A stretch of DNA of 63,053 nt, counting the filler, from Octopus bimaculoides (Eukaryota): the NCBI RefSeq assembly GCF_001194135.2. It is 6 parts of 5 records of this genome, joined end to end, with 100 filler letters (N's around TTAATTAATTAA, not from the genome) between each part and the next. Parts side by side here need not be neighbours in the genome. Positions count along the whole stretch, not along the records: positions 1 to 18,484 come from NC_068994.1; 5 more parts are not named here. One strand, written 5' to 3'. Position 1 is the stretch's first letter; the number at the start of each line of letters is the position of its first letter. The position numbers were made by a program, and so were the translations under genes. This document shows positions 1 through 13,240 of the stretch, in pieces. Under the pieces are notes generated by a model that worked only from the letters and a program-made list of their open reading frames with translations, searched no databases and had not been told where the DNA came from.

Positions 1-559
1 TATATATATATATATATATATATTGGTTTAATAAATAAAAAAAAATGTCTGGGTAAATGATAGTACAGTAATGTAATATATTGGGGGAAGAAAGAAGGTA
101 AATATTAATAGTAGGTCTAGAATAGGGAGAAAAATTTACAAATTAGTATTAATTATATTATTAATAAGTAATAGAGGAATATAAATTAGCATTATTGAAT
201 TAATAATTATTACAATTAGGGAATTATGTAAAAAAAAATGTAAAAATGTATTAGAAGAAAATAGGGAGAATATATATAGAAGAGATATAAGGTGAGATAT
301 AATGTTTCAATATAGGTATAAAAATATTATTTAAAGTGAATTGAAAAATAGGTTATTTTTAGAAAATAAAGATAAATGTAAATCTATAATTAAAAAAATC
401 GTAGTATGGGATTGATAATAGAATATTGTATGGGCACTATTAATAAGTAGCTTAATTTATCAACAATGAAGTAAATAAAAGTGATAGTATGGGTTATGGG
501 TTAATATGTGTAACTATAATAGTGAGAAAGGTAATTAAACACTTATTATTTATTTATAT

Positions 560-1124
560 TTGGAAAATACATATTTTCCATTGTGTAAACAAGAATTATT
601 TCTTTCATCTCTCAGGTTAAGTAGAGGCAACTTTGTCGAGAGAATAAAAAATGTTCAGTTAAACAAAGAAAACATTTTTTTATTAGATTTATAAGAAGAT
701 GCTAAAGCTATTATATCCCATTTAATATTAAAATTTATACCATTATCCTTTAGCTCCCAGATAAATTTACTTAATCCAGTTGAGTTGCATTTATGGTTGT
801 TTCGAAATGTGTATAAGTGCACAGAGATGCGTTTTTTTATTTCATTTTCCGTAGTCTCAATATAAAAATATTTATTATCTAGAGTTGTTACAGTACATTG
901 ATATATTACACTTTTTATTTTGCATGTATTCTTAAGTAAGCGATTATTTCTAATAATGCAGTCGCAATTATTATAGATATTATTATTTATATATGTATTT
1001 GATAGGGGAATGTTATTAGTTATTATAGTGTTATTTTGTAAGATTCTATTGCAATGAGATGTATTATTAACAGGGTTAAACAAAATTAATAGAATGTGCA
1101 TTGATTACGGTGGTGGGGTTTAAA

Positions 1125-1187
<63 letters not shown>

Positions 1188-1400
1188 GGTGTTTCTACTT
1201 ACGTAGAATTTGTCTAGTTTCTTATTGTTTACGGAAGTTATATTAGTAGCTAAGTTATGGGTTAAACTATATCCAATATAAATAGTTTTATTATTTATTA
1301 TTTCATAATATCTGTTATTAATATTAAAATGTTTATTATTAATCGTAAAAACAGATTTTACTAAATTACTTTTATTTTGCATAGCAAAAGAGATGATTAG
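560..1400 (-). mobile_element. Penelope-like retroelement, decayed 3' ORF fragment (RT C-terminal linker + GIY-YIG endonuclease)
   Basis: ORF 655-1101 has VIYQCTVTTLDNKYFYIETTENEIKKRISVH...STGLSKFIWELKDNGINFNIKWDII (GIY-YIG of PLEs). ORF 1086-1382 resembles the PLE linker 'KHF..N..Y..I.N..T..I.YS'. An (ATT)n expansion lies inside. Confidence 0.85.
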
Positions 1401-2054
1401 CCAAATTTTATTATTAGATTTATCCGGTCTATTTTAATTACTAGAGTTCCCGTGCCATCAGAAATGACGGCATGAAAATGATTCGGGAAATATAATTAAA
1501 ATAAAAACATTCCAACCTTTATTTCAGTAATTGCTTCAGCACTACTTTTCTAGCGAAAACCCTACCAGCAATGAGTTCGCTTTGTTTTGGATGGTCCGTT
1601 TCAGCATTAATTAATTTTTCCATTAATCATAGTGTGTAATAAAATGAATAGTATACAGATACATATATAATTAATTCTACTTCACCTTTAGGTTTTAATA
1701 AGGAACCAAACTACTTAACTGCAACTTATATCCCCCTTTCCACCGCCTGATATCCCCGATATGCTCACTAACCGGTATGGTGGCTATAAATCTTCTCTTA
1801 CCTCACCCCACTAACTAAATTCTTAGTGTCTTTCTAGCTCTTTTATTGGTCATTATAGCCATATGTTTGTTCTCTCATTCCAGGCCAGCTTCGGATTGAG
1901 TCTAGGTGTGTTCCTACTGTGCTCATAGATTGTACTTCTATAGTTGGAAACACATCTGATGAAATTGGTCTTTTGCTATGACGTAATGTACTCATTTATT
2001 TATTTATTAAGAATGCGTTAGAAATAGTTTTAATGAACTGACATTCATCCATTG

Positions 2055-2100
<46 letters not shown>

Positions 2101-4477
2101 GGGAAAACTTTGACACTGGCTTCTAAGCTTCAGTTCAAATGTCTTCGTTCCGTTTGGTTTCCTAGCATTTTATATATTGTTTGGTTCATGGCAAGGGTGT
2201 GGCCTAGTGGTTTTTATTGTATATATGTTTTAATAGCTTATTCATGTGCCATATAATGAAGCATCTTACGAGTAGTTTAATTTACTGAGCAGAAATAAGA
2301 TATGGGGAGATATATAAATACGAAGTAAAGTTAGGTGAGATGTCTGCAAACAGAAGAGGAACAAGGTGGTAGAATAGAATAAAAGAAGCACATAAGCAAA
2401 CATTGTTCTGGTTGAGTATATGCAATTAGCTTTGTTCAAAGTAGATGGTTAACATTTGCCACATATGGTTATATTTTGTGGAGTAAATTAGGTATTGGTT
2501 TTGTTTTATTGCATGAGATATATCAAGCAGAAATGTAGCCACATATATGAGATATTAGGCTTATATGCTGGCTCATTTCAAAGAGAAATTATATTCTCTG
2601 AAAGGTCATGTCCATGAATATCATAAGAAGAAAAGAGTTTAAATATTTTTTGGTGTTACGAAGCCCAACAAACAAGATAAACCAAAAATATATTAAAAGC
2701 TTGGAAACTTAGAAAACTTTACAGTGTGGCAAAGACAAATGAACGGAAGTTTCAAGATGACTGTCCCCCATTTCTTAGTAAAATCAAACAAATCTGGTTC
2801 TCTAATTAATTGTATTAAGTGATCATTCCTTTAACGTTTGACTACATTTTTATATAACTGTACACGGTCATATATAGATATATACGCGTATGTATGTTTG
2901 TATATATATATATATATGTATATATAGGTATATATATATATATATATATATNNNNNNNNNNNNNNNNNNNNNNNNNNNNNNNNNNNNNNNNNNNNNNNNN
3001 NNNNNNNNNNNNNNNNNNNNNNNNNNNNNNNNNNNNNNNNNNNNNNNNNNNNNNNNNNNNNNNNNNNNNNNNNNNNNNNNNNNNNNNNNNNNNNNNNNNN
3101 NNNNNNNNNNNNNNNNNNNNNNNNNNNNNNNNNNNNNNNNNNNNNNNNNNNNNNNNNNNNNNNNNNNNNNNNNNNNNNNNNNNNNNNNNNNNNNNNNNNN
3201 NNNNNNNNNNNNNNNNNNNNNNNNNNNNNNNNNNNNNNNNNNNNNNNNNNNNNNNNNNNNNNNNNNNNNNNNNNNNNNNNNNNNNNNNNNNNNNNNNNNN
3301 NNNNNNNNNNNNNNNNNNNNNNNNNNNNNNNNNNNNNNNNNNNNNNNNNNNNNNNNNNNNNNNNNNNNNNNNNNNNNNNNNNNNNNNNNNNNNNNNNNNN
3401 NNNNNNNNNNNNNNNNNNNNNNNNNNNNNNNNNNNNNNNNNNNNNNNNNNNNNNNNNNNNNNNNNNNNNNNNNNNNNNNNNNNNNNNNNNNNNNNNNNNN
3501 NNNNNNNNNNNNNNNNNNNNNNNNNNNNNNNNNNNNNNNNNNNNNNNNNNNNNNNNNNNNNNNNNNNNNNNNNNNNNNNNNNNNNNNNNNNNNNNNNNNN
3601 NNNNNNNNNNNNNNNNNNNNNNTATATATATATAATTGTACATATATGTTTATGTGTATGTGTGAATATACACTCGCTCCCATTCCGTTTAAGTGCCACT
3701 AAATCAATTCTCTTTCTCTTACATTTTCTTTCTTTCTCGATAGATCTGTCACTCATCCACAAACAAACACACACACATGCATAAACATACACACGCACAT
3801 GCACACACACACACACCAATCTTTTCTTTCCTTATTCTTTCTCCCTCCTTACCCCCCCCCCCTCCTTACTTTAATCGATGAATAAATCAATCAATCAGTC
3901 GCCTGCACAACCCGACACACTGTCGCGTTTTAATCTCTTTCAATTTTTTACCAGTTTCTTTTTTGCTTTACTCCCTCTCACTCTTTTTGCCTTTGACATT
4001 CCTAGTTTTTCTCTCCCTCCCTCTCTCTCTCTCTCTTTCACACTCACACACGCACATATACACACATACATACACTCACATATATATTCATATACTAGTT
4101 ACATACATGCATGCATACATTGGTTCAGAGAATTGCACACTAACATTCTCTTCTTTAATTAAAATTCATCAGGCGTAACATATTACTAAAAACGTCTATT
4201 GCAAACATTACCAAATGCTTCTAGTTTACGAAATAAAACGAACCGTATAATGAATATACGTATAAAATATACACACGTATAATAAATATTACAAATGTCA
4301 TGATTGCAGTTTATATCATTTAACCAATCGATTTTTCGACATTTCTTCCTATATGGAGGACAATTGAGTTTTCCTCGTAAATTGAAAGGCACTTACAGGC
4401 TGCTTCTGAAGTATCCTTCAACATTTAAATGCTACATAAAAATTTTATTTCTCTCTTTGTTACAATTTTGTCTCTGT

Positions 4478-4530
<53 letters not shown>

Positions 4531-6179
4531 NNNNNNNNNNNNNNNNNNNNNNNNNNNNNNNNNNNNNNNNNNNNNNNNNNNNNNNNNNNNNNNNNNNNNN
4601 NNNNNNNNNNNNNNNNNNNNNNNNNNNNNNNNNNNNNNNNNNNNNNNNNNNNNNNNNNNNNNNNNNNNNNNNNNNNNNNNNNNNNNNNNNNNNNNNNNNN
4701 NNNNNNNNNNNNNNNNNNNNNNNNNNNNNNNNNNNNNNNNNNNNNNNNNNNNNNNNNNNNNNNNNNNNNNNNNNNNNNNNNNNNNNNNNNNNNNNNNNNN
4801 NNNNNNNNNNNNNNNNNNNNNNNNNNNNNNNNNNNNNNNNNNNNNNNNNNNNNNNNNNNNNNNNNNNNNNNNNNNNNNNNNNNNNNNNNNNNNNNNNNNN
4901 NNNNNNNNNNNNNNNNNNNNNNNNNNNNNNNNNNNNNNNNNNNNNNNNNNNNNNNNNNNNNNNNNNNNNNNNNNNNNNNNNNNNNNNNNNNNNNNNNNNN
5001 NNNNNNNNNNNNNNNNNNNNNNNNNNNNNNNNNNNNNNNNNNNNNNNNNNNNNNNNNNNNNNNNNNNNNNNNNNNNNNNNNNNNNNNNNNNNNNNNNNNN
5101 NNNNNNNNNNNNNNNNNNNNNNNNNNNNNNNNNNNNNNNNNNNNNNNNNNNNNNNNNNNNNNNNNNNNNNNNNNNNNNNNNNNNNNNNNNNNNNNNNNNN
5201 NNNNNNNNNNNNNNNNNNNNNNNNNNNNNNNNNNNNNNATATATATATATATATATACACACATATCATTATCCTTTATCATTTATTTGCTTTAGTCATT
5301 AAACTGTGGCTATGTTAGGGTAACGCCTTAAATTTTTAGTCAAATGGATTAACTCCAGTGCTTTTTCTTTCCTTCATAAGCCTGGTACTTATTCTTTTGT
5401 TCCTTTTTGCTCATAGGAAACGTTTTGAATATGCAAATAAACCTCCTAGTCCATTGTGCCGGCCACCGTCTAATGATGGCATCCAGTGAACCAGTTCTTC
5501 GGGTTTTCATCAAGGTGTACCGATATAATATATGAATAATAAAAATAATAATGATAACAACAACAACAATAATCCTTAGATGAAATTTATAAACATTTAA
5601 TGCATCGCTACGCGCATTTCCACATATCACATGACTTCTAAGATCACAGTACGTATTTCTGGGATGATAACAGTGCAGTCTGTAGTATTTGTGGGCATCA
5701 GGTTGATCCTTTTCAACAATTCATTTTTTCAGGCGATATAACATTAGCTGATTACAACAGAGGAATGTTTAACCCTTTTTTACTAGTACGAAGGTCAAGC
5801 AAGTTCTGTGGGTATTCTGTGTGTTTTTTTTTGTGGAGAGGCGGGGAGGTTGTAGAAATAGAGGAAGGAATGGCAGTTATATGGGGGATAGAGGTGTGTG
5901 TGGTGGTGGTGGTGGTGGTGGATTTATTTTACTATTCATTCAGCAGATGTTAAGGATGGGTAGTGCATTTTTTGGTCTAATTTCATTCAATCATGACCGT
6001 CTTTAATAAATAAAGAAAAAAACCATTACACTAATAGCGACTGTTATAAAACAGAACCCACGAAACCACAACCAAAGTTAGAAAGAATCACACCGTTAAA
6101 CGCCGATAGTAATAATGATTACAAAGCAGTAGAATACACTAATAAACCCAATAGATATATTAAAAGAAATGGAAAAATA

Positions 6180-6850
6180 ACCGATGAAATTATTTAGCTC
6201 GATCTTCAATTCTCAAGTGAAATCCAAAATAGGCCAGGAACTTTTCGCAGAATTAGATAGACACTTCCCAAGATCTTCCAAATATCACAGAATCATCAAC
6301 AGATATAATGTAAAATTGGCATACGCAACCTCCCACAATCTAGTGCACTACATACACAAACTAAATAACATAAAATTAAATAGAATAAGACTACAGGGGA
6401 AATACGAACCAGCCGCAGCTAATAACACTGTATGCGATAATAGAATGGGGGCAAATAGAGGTAATAAAAGCTCGTTAATAGCAAAAACGGACCCAAACAA
6501 CATCACACAATTGAACGTACAATCCATATATATGGAAAATGAGTGCACGGTTTCAGGAGGAAGAAGAAAGAGGACCACCAATAGTAACTCCACGGAGAGA
6601 AACAAATAAATAACATCATGTTTAACTGCAAACGTAAAGAGGAATGCAGAATTAACAACAATTGCATGATAAGGAATGTAGTGTACAAATGTGAGGTGAA
6701 GACAGCTACGCAGAAGTACTTGTACATTGGTGGCATCGGAGACACCATGAAAAATCGTCTGCGAAACTATCTCTCATCATTTTCGAGCATGAATAAAAGA
6801 CACTACACATCTCTATCGAATTTAGTCTCAAAAAGAATGGAGTGGAACAT
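6180..6850 (+). mobile_element. Penelope-like retroelement fragment (linker + GIY-YIG)
   Basis: ORFs 6184-6609 (VKSKIGQELFAELDRHFPRSSKYHRIINRYNVKLAY) and 6618-6887 (CKRKEECRINNNCMIRNVVYKCEV...YLYIG...MKNRLRNYLSSF...TSLSNL) match PLE motifs. Confidence 0.88.
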
Positions 6851-6869
6851 ACGACCCACTGGTCCATTA

Positions 6870-7760
6870 TTAAAATCACACGCCTGATTTCAGCCTTGAG
6901 TTCAGGAATTGTGCGTGGTTTCTTCACGTATACCTGTGATTTCACATACCCCCATAAGAAGAAATCACAAGGGTAAAATCACAGGACCTTGGTGGCCATT
7001 GCTGATCACCATGCAAGGATATCACTCGTTGCGGAAATTTTTCGTGGAAAATGCAAACGTTTGGCGCGAAAATGTGGCAGGTCATTCCATTCTGCTGAAA
7101 CCAGTAGTTGTTAATCTCCGTATCTTCCAAGTTCGGCCATAAGTGAGTGATATCATGTCTGGGTAACGTTCTATATTAATGGTAACTTCATTCCCCTCAT
7201 CATTTTCAAAGAAGAACTGTCCAAGCACTCCACCTGTCCAAAAACCACACCACACAGTCGCATTTCACGCTCTTGCATTATTTGAGGATTTTCATTTCCC
7301 CAAATCCGACAGTTCTGTTTGTTGACAAATCTACTCAAGTGGAAGTGGGCCTCGTCACTGAAGATGATTTCCTTTGCAAGATTTTCGTCAGCTACAAGTC
7401 TCTCCACAACTCAGCCAGCAAATTTCTTCCTCCTCCCGTAGTCAGGTGACTGAAGATGCTGTGTGAGTTGAATTTTGTTCGCATGCATATGGAGATCTTT
7501 GTGCAACATTCGATGTAATGAAGTGGTCGGGATGCTTAATTGCTGCGACCGTCGGCGAATCGATTTTCCCGGACTCAGAGTGACACTGTCTCGCACAACA
7601 GAAATTTGTTGCTCTGTCCGACGGGAACGATTCCGCCAAGGTGATTGGCGGTTGCAACTGAATCAGTTGTTTTAAACTTCGTCATTAGTCTGCGAACAGT
7701 AGACTCACTTCTTTGCGTCTTCTAATGGGCATTTAGCCAATTCTCTAAGTTGTTTTCACA
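6870..7760 (-). mobile_element. Tc1/mariner-superfamily transposase remnant (rosa/DD41D-like), frameshifted
   Basis: IIFSDEAHFHLSRFVNKQNCRIWGNENP, YWFQQNGMTCH, WPPRSCDFT, KSQVYVKKPRTIPELKAEI and KSIRRRSQQLSIP across several short ORFs. It abuts and truncates the PLE at ~6850. Confidence 0.85.
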
Positions 7761-7982
7761 GCCATCTCACATTTTTTGCACCAACTTTCTTCACGTTTTT
7801 TCCACATTCTTCCTTATTTCCTTACTGTCCAGCGTCCTTGCTTTTTCAAAAAATTATATAACGCATAAACAAAGCCTGAAAGATTGTTTTAAGATACATG
7901 GCGTATTTCATAAATATGTCTGTTCAAGTATAATAATAGCATGAAACTATTAGTAGCTCTTTCGGTCGTGTATTTAATTTTA

Positions 7983-8031
<49 letters not shown>

Positions 8032-8046
8032 NNNNNNNNNNNNNNN

Positions 8047-8113
<67 letters not shown>

Positions 8114-8299
8114 CAGACAGACAGAAAACACATACATGACTGATGCATACAGGAATGCATAAATGCATACATGCATATATGTATGATACATATATACATA
8201 TATGCTTACGTACATAAATTGACACATAACGCTACTGGCTATCACCACAGAAAACTGTATGGTCAGACATATAGGTTAACGTATAGGTAAGCTGTCAGA

Positions 8300-8312
8300 C
8301 GAATCGGTAGAT

Positions 8313-8344
<32 letters not shown>

Positions 8345-8362
8345 AAAGAGAGGGAGATAGAA

Positions 8363-8416
<54 letters not shown>

Positions 8417-8490
8417 GAGAGATGAACAAATGAGAAGTCTTAGAGTCTGACAGAGACACATATTGATGATGATGATGATGATGATGATGA

Positions 8491-8529
<39 letters not shown>

Positions 8530-8551
8530 TGATGATGATGATGATGATGAC

Positions 8552-8596
<45 letters not shown>

Positions 8597-8600
8597 AGTA
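8300..8600. repeat. Compound microsatellite (GA)n / (GAT)n-(GAC)n-(GAT)n
   Basis: Directly visible. Confidence 0.95.
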
Positions 8601-9689
8601 ATAAAGAAAACATAAAGCAAATAGAAACAGGAAAAGAAGAAAGAAGGGAATGAAGTTTTTAAAAGTTTTGCAACGAGTGCGCTTTTGATTCCACTGCTGG
8701 CATCCATCATTATATGACCGCGTCTCAATATCGGCGAATCGCCGATATGATATATCGATAGAATACATACTTCNNNNNNNNNNNNNNNNNNNNNNNNNNN
8801 NNNNNNNNNNNNNNNNNNNNNNNNNNNNNNNNNNNNNNNNNNNNNNNNNNNNNNNNNNNNNNNNNNNNNNNNNNNNNNNNNNNNNNNNNNNNNNNNNNNN
8901 NNNNNNNNNNNNNNNNNNNNNNNNNNNNNNNNNNNNNNNNNNNNNNNNNNNNNNNNNNNNNNNNNNNNNNNNNNNNNNNNNNNNNNNNNNNNNNNNNNNN
9001 NNNNNNNNNNNNNNNNNNNNNNNNNNNNNNNNNNNNNNNNNNNNNNNNNNNNNNNNNNNNNNNNNNNNNNNNNNNNNNNNNNNNNNNNNNNNNNNNNNNN
9101 NNNNNNNNNNNNNNNNNNNNNNNNNNNNNNNNNNNNNNNNNNNNNNNNNNNNNNNNNNNNNNNNNNNNNNNNNNNNNNNNNNNNNNNNNNNNNNNNNNNN
9201 NNNNNNNNNNNNNNNNNNNNNNNNNNNNNNNNNNNNNNNNNNNNNNNNNNNNNNNNNNNNNNNNNNNNNNNNNNNNNNNNNNNNNNNNNNNNNNNNNNNN
9301 NNNNNNNNNNNNNNNNNNNNNNNNNNNNNNNNNNNNNNNNNNNNNNNNNNNNNNNNNNNNNNNNNNNNNNNNNNNNNNNNNNNNNNNNNNNNNNNNNNNN
9401 NNNNNNNNNNNNNNNNNNNNNNNNNNNNNNNNNNNNNNNNNNNNNNNNNNNNNNNNNNNATATATATATAATATATATATATATATTTCTATATATATAT
9501 ACATACATACATACATACATACATACATACATACATACATAGAGAAAGGATGATGAGTAATGTGTGTGTGTGCGTGTGTGCGCGTGCATGCGTGTGTGTG
9601 CGTGCATGCGTGTGTGTGTCTGTTAGCTCTAAGCTAGAGCTAGCGTTTCAAGTCATTCCTAACTCTTGAGAAATCACTTAAAAACCTGC

Positions 9690-9840
9690 GTATAAATGAT
9701 AAATATAAACTCCTTAACCCTAGAGACCCATATTTTTCTCTGAAAGACAATAAGGTAGATTTCAAGAGAAATCCATCTATTGCATCAATAAATCCAAAGA
9801 AGTTGTAAATAGCTAGAATTAAGCAGAAGATCTTCCATAT
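9690..9840 (+). mobile_element. Penelope-like RT N-terminal fragment
   Basis: Manual translation KNLRINDKYKLLNPRDPYFSLKDNKVDFKRNPSIASINPKKL*IARIKQKI resembles the PLE motif 'FITLKDHK.NF.NNP.CRLINP.K'. Confidence 0.7.
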
Positions 9841-10034
9841 ATGATTACTCTTATGATAAAAGAACAGTCGCGGGGAAAGTCATACAGAGTGGGCAAAATA
9901 TCACACGCCAAAGCGTTTGGCATCGTTATTGTTTCATTGACGTTTTGCTCTGGCAGATGTTATACTGACACCGTACCAAAAGAGCGAGCCATATCAAATG
10001 GCCATAGGTTCTTTGGGTCATTCCTTTTACTCTT

Positions 10035-10427
10035 TTACTCTTTTACTTGTTTCAGTCATTTGACTGCGGCCATGCTGTAGCACCGTCTTTAGTCGAGCAA
10101 ATCGACCCCAGGACTTATTCTTTGTAAGCCTAGTACTTATTCTATTGGTTTCTTTTACCGAACCGCTAAGTTACGGTGACGTAAACATACCAGCATCGGG
10201 TGTCAAGCGATGTTGGGGGGACAAACATAGACACACAAACACATATATATATATACATATACATATATACGACGGGCTTCTTTCAGTTTCTGTCTACCAA
10301 ATCCACTCACAAGGCTTTGGTCGGCCTGAGGCTATAGTAGAAGACACTTGCCCAAGGTGCCACGCAGTGGGACTGAACCCGGAACCATGTGGTTGGTAAT
10401 CATGCTACTTACCATACAGCCACTCCT
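10035..10427 (-). mobile_element. tRNA-derived SINE, family B (near full length, ~400 bp)
   Basis: Reverse strand starts ggagtggctgtatggtaag (A-box-like) and has gggttcagtccc (B-box-like), then a body and the 3' tail ...gactgaaacaagtaaaagag. Homologous to copies at 32610, 39340, 43880, 44785 and 47468. Confidence 0.85.
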
Positions 10428-10712
10428 AACACCTTGCTTAGAATCCTTGATGTTTTGTGCAACTGCCCCGTTCTGATCGTAATTCCTAACTACTCAAGCC
10501 ATGTATCTAACCTTTTACTAACTGCGCGTAGTGCGCCAAACACAATCGGTACTACTTCTACCTGCCTGATTCTCCATAGTTTCCTCATTTCCCATTTCAG
10601 CTCCTAATATTTCTCGCTTTCCTTCTCATTTACCATGTGAACCGATATCCGCGATAATTGCTTTGTTCTTTTACTACGACAAAACTGTCAGATTTTCTAG
10701 TCAAATATCTTT

Positions 10713-10798
<86 letters not shown>

Positions 10799-10820
10799 CA
10801 TCATCATTATTATTATTGAA

Positions 10821-11034
10821 GGTGGCGAGCTGGCAGAATCGTTAGCACGCTGGAGGAAATGCTTAGCTGTTTTTCCCCCATCGCTACGATCTGTGTTCAA
10901 ATTCTGCCGAGGTCGACTTTATCTTTCATCCTTTCGGGGTCGATAAATTAAGTACTAGTGAAACACTGGGGTCGATGTAATCCACTAATCCCCTCCCCCC
11001 AAATTTCAGGCCTTGTGCCTATACTAGAAAGGAT
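10821..11034 (+). mobile_element. tRNA-derived SINE, family A
   Basis: ggcgagctggcagaatcgttagcac (A-box-like)...gttcaaattc (B-box)...gaggtcgacttt...; many homologous copies in the window. Confidence 0.85.
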
Positions 11035-11318
11035 GTCGAACGAAACACCCTTGTTTCCAAAGGTGAATTATCCAAACCCCAAAGAATTCCTCTTAACACA
11101 TGACTATGATGCTCCCCCACTATTTCTACTCGTGATCAGAGATGCACATATTGTCAGCCACTAAGGGAAATGCTCAAATGATTATGGTCAAACAGTTAAC
11201 AAGCAAATCCGTGGTATTGAGCAGAATATTTGCTGTAGCCCATCTTTTATACCAAGATAAAACAATATACATGATAGCACCTCCAATCAGTTAAGATAAG
11301 AAGCCATGAGAACCACTG
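11029..11318 (+). mobile_element. 3' half of a non-coding interspersed repeat ('ATT-associated element')
   Basis: Clearly homologous by eye to 40901-41140 (aaggatgt..gaacgaaacacc...ttttataccaaga.aaaacaat). Confidence 0.85.
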
Positions 11319-11687
11319 TTAAATTCACTTAAGTATTTATCACTTGGTGTCAAAATTATCGTTGAACTGTCTACGACCTGGTCACTGACACAGTGTAATA
11401 AATTGTGAAGTGAAGTTAACAGTTTAGGTGTGCTTTTGGATAGCTAAAACGGATCTTCTAGGCTGTAATTGTAGTAGTAATAGCCTTATTCACTGCGTAT
11501 AAGCATCAACGTTTTAGTTAAAAAAAACACTAAGTTTAATGTCTTAGTTTATAAATAAAGGTTCGTATTTTTATTAAGCACAGATCTAGGAATACGACAT
11601 CTTATGACGATCAGAGAGACCCAACCGATCGAAACTTAGTGGAGTCCTAAAAGTTGTAAATAGGGTAATGGGTAAAAACCTCCTTCG

Positions 11688-11865
11688 ATCACGTATGACC
11701 ATGCGATTGTACCTAGGAAGTTCCCCTCCGAGGCACAAGTGCGTGGGCAAGGTTGTTTGTGGAAGATCAGCAGTTGCCCATGCATAACAATCTCCCCTTT
11801 TCACGCCACCGATGTTGTCCAAGGGAAAGGCAAATGTCGATACAGCTTGGCACCAGTAACACCTC
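11688..11865 (-). mobile_element. SINE family E, 3' portion
   Basis: ccttcgatcacgtatgaccatg...cttggcaccagt. Recognised from memory as the 3' part of a tRNA-headed SINE; a probable head of the same family is at 19651-19720. Confidence 0.5.
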
Positions 11866-13204
11866 AAGTAACTATTGTAAATATACTCTCTAAAGACAAG
11901 GTTTAATAACTTGAGAATTATAATCTCATCGAAGATACTACACAGATTATGACAGCCTTATGTATGTGACAACAAAACACACGTCTCCTTGACGTATGAA
12001 ATAAATGTAACTATGTCCACCCGCCAAATTCTTAGCTAGTGTTTATGTTGGAAATGAAACAAGGACGTGACATTGACAAGCAGCAAGAACGGCCAAATGC
12101 GTACCTGTCGCTCTCGCGGTCACTTCCAACAGGATTTCGTTTTACATAGCTCTGAAGTATATTGTGTCTTTTAACACACTACGTCTATAAAGTAATTTCC
12201 CAGAAGCAAAACTAGCCTCTGGCTTTTCAATGATACACATACATAAGTATGTTATATAGATAAAAACTAGACACTACTCATTCTTGGGACATTTTGACCT
12301 TAGAGGTCAGTCAAGTTCACCTGGAAAGCAAAAGTATTTTCACATTTTGAAAATACTGCTTGTACACCCATTAGCATGCCAATAACTTTTCAAAAATTCC
12401 ATTGATGAACACGATATTGAAGATATCAAGTAGTACAGCCATTTTATCAAATTGGTCAATGACGGTACATGGTATTACATTCCTATCATGCAGCAGAACT
12501 GCTTTCAAGCTTCTTTGCCACGAATCTCTAAAAATTTGACTTGTGTCAAGTCAAATGCTACATGAATTTGAGAAAAAATTATGATAAATTCGTGGAAACC
12601 ATTACCAAAGCAAAACATGATGCCGAATTAAAATTTCGCTTTCGAAACTCTGCTCAGTTCAACTTCGTCTCTCATCAATCTGGGGACGTCAAAATAAAGT
12701 AACGGTCTCTTATTGAAGTCGATTTACATTTATATTACGCATCCGAGATAGATGCGAACGGAAGAATAATAATAGATGACAAGGCCTCATCAAACAGGGA
12801 AATCCTGCCAATGCAATCACATTAGATAATTAAAGTAACAACAATACCAATAACAACATTAACATTGTAACTAGAAATTATTATGAGATATTAATATCAA
12901 TGTTAAAGGAAAGTTCCGATCACGTAACTCTGTTCTATTTTTTCTTTATTCCTTTTTTGCAAGTCTGTATACCCTTGGTATATTTATAGCAACTGTTATA
13001 GAATAGAAGCCAATTGTGTTTTCCAATATAACCAGTTCTGTGTATATCCTCGGGAACCTAAGGCCACGAGTTAAAATTAGAATCATATTATTGTTTTCTT
13101 TAAATAAATCGTGTAGTTGTTTGTAAAAGCCACAATTCATAAACGATTCTTTTGTTATGCAATAAAACTCATTTTGCACACATTCGCATATACAAAGAAA
13201 ATAC

Positions 13205-13240
<36 letters not shown>

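Noticed and set aside
1952-1990. acat-CTGATGA-...-GTA-atgt, a possible hammerhead
   Set aside because: The GAAA box is absent and stem II does not form; could be chance.
2200-2830. Possible transposase remnant (SRWLTFAT...) and a GIY-YIG-like stretch at ~1700-1850 (-)
   Set aside because: Similarity is too short and stop-ridden to assign by eye.
2831-5302. Long ORFs spanning N-runs (also at 8.3, 13, 15, 20, 30, 41, 47, 50 and 61 kb)
   Set aside because: Open only because gaps translate as X and the flanks are (TA)n/(CA)n.
8295-8768. Poly-His/Arg ORF, and similar poly-N/I/L/Y/S ORFs at 16.3, 17.5, 40.4, 52.8 and 55.7 kb
   Set aside because: Translations of trinucleotide microsatellites; no domain content.
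12980-13057. Minus-strand peptide HNWLLFYNSCYKY resembling the start of a C-type lectin domain
   Set aside because: Lacks the preceding Cys and the downstream Trp/Cys pattern; only a weak donor site.
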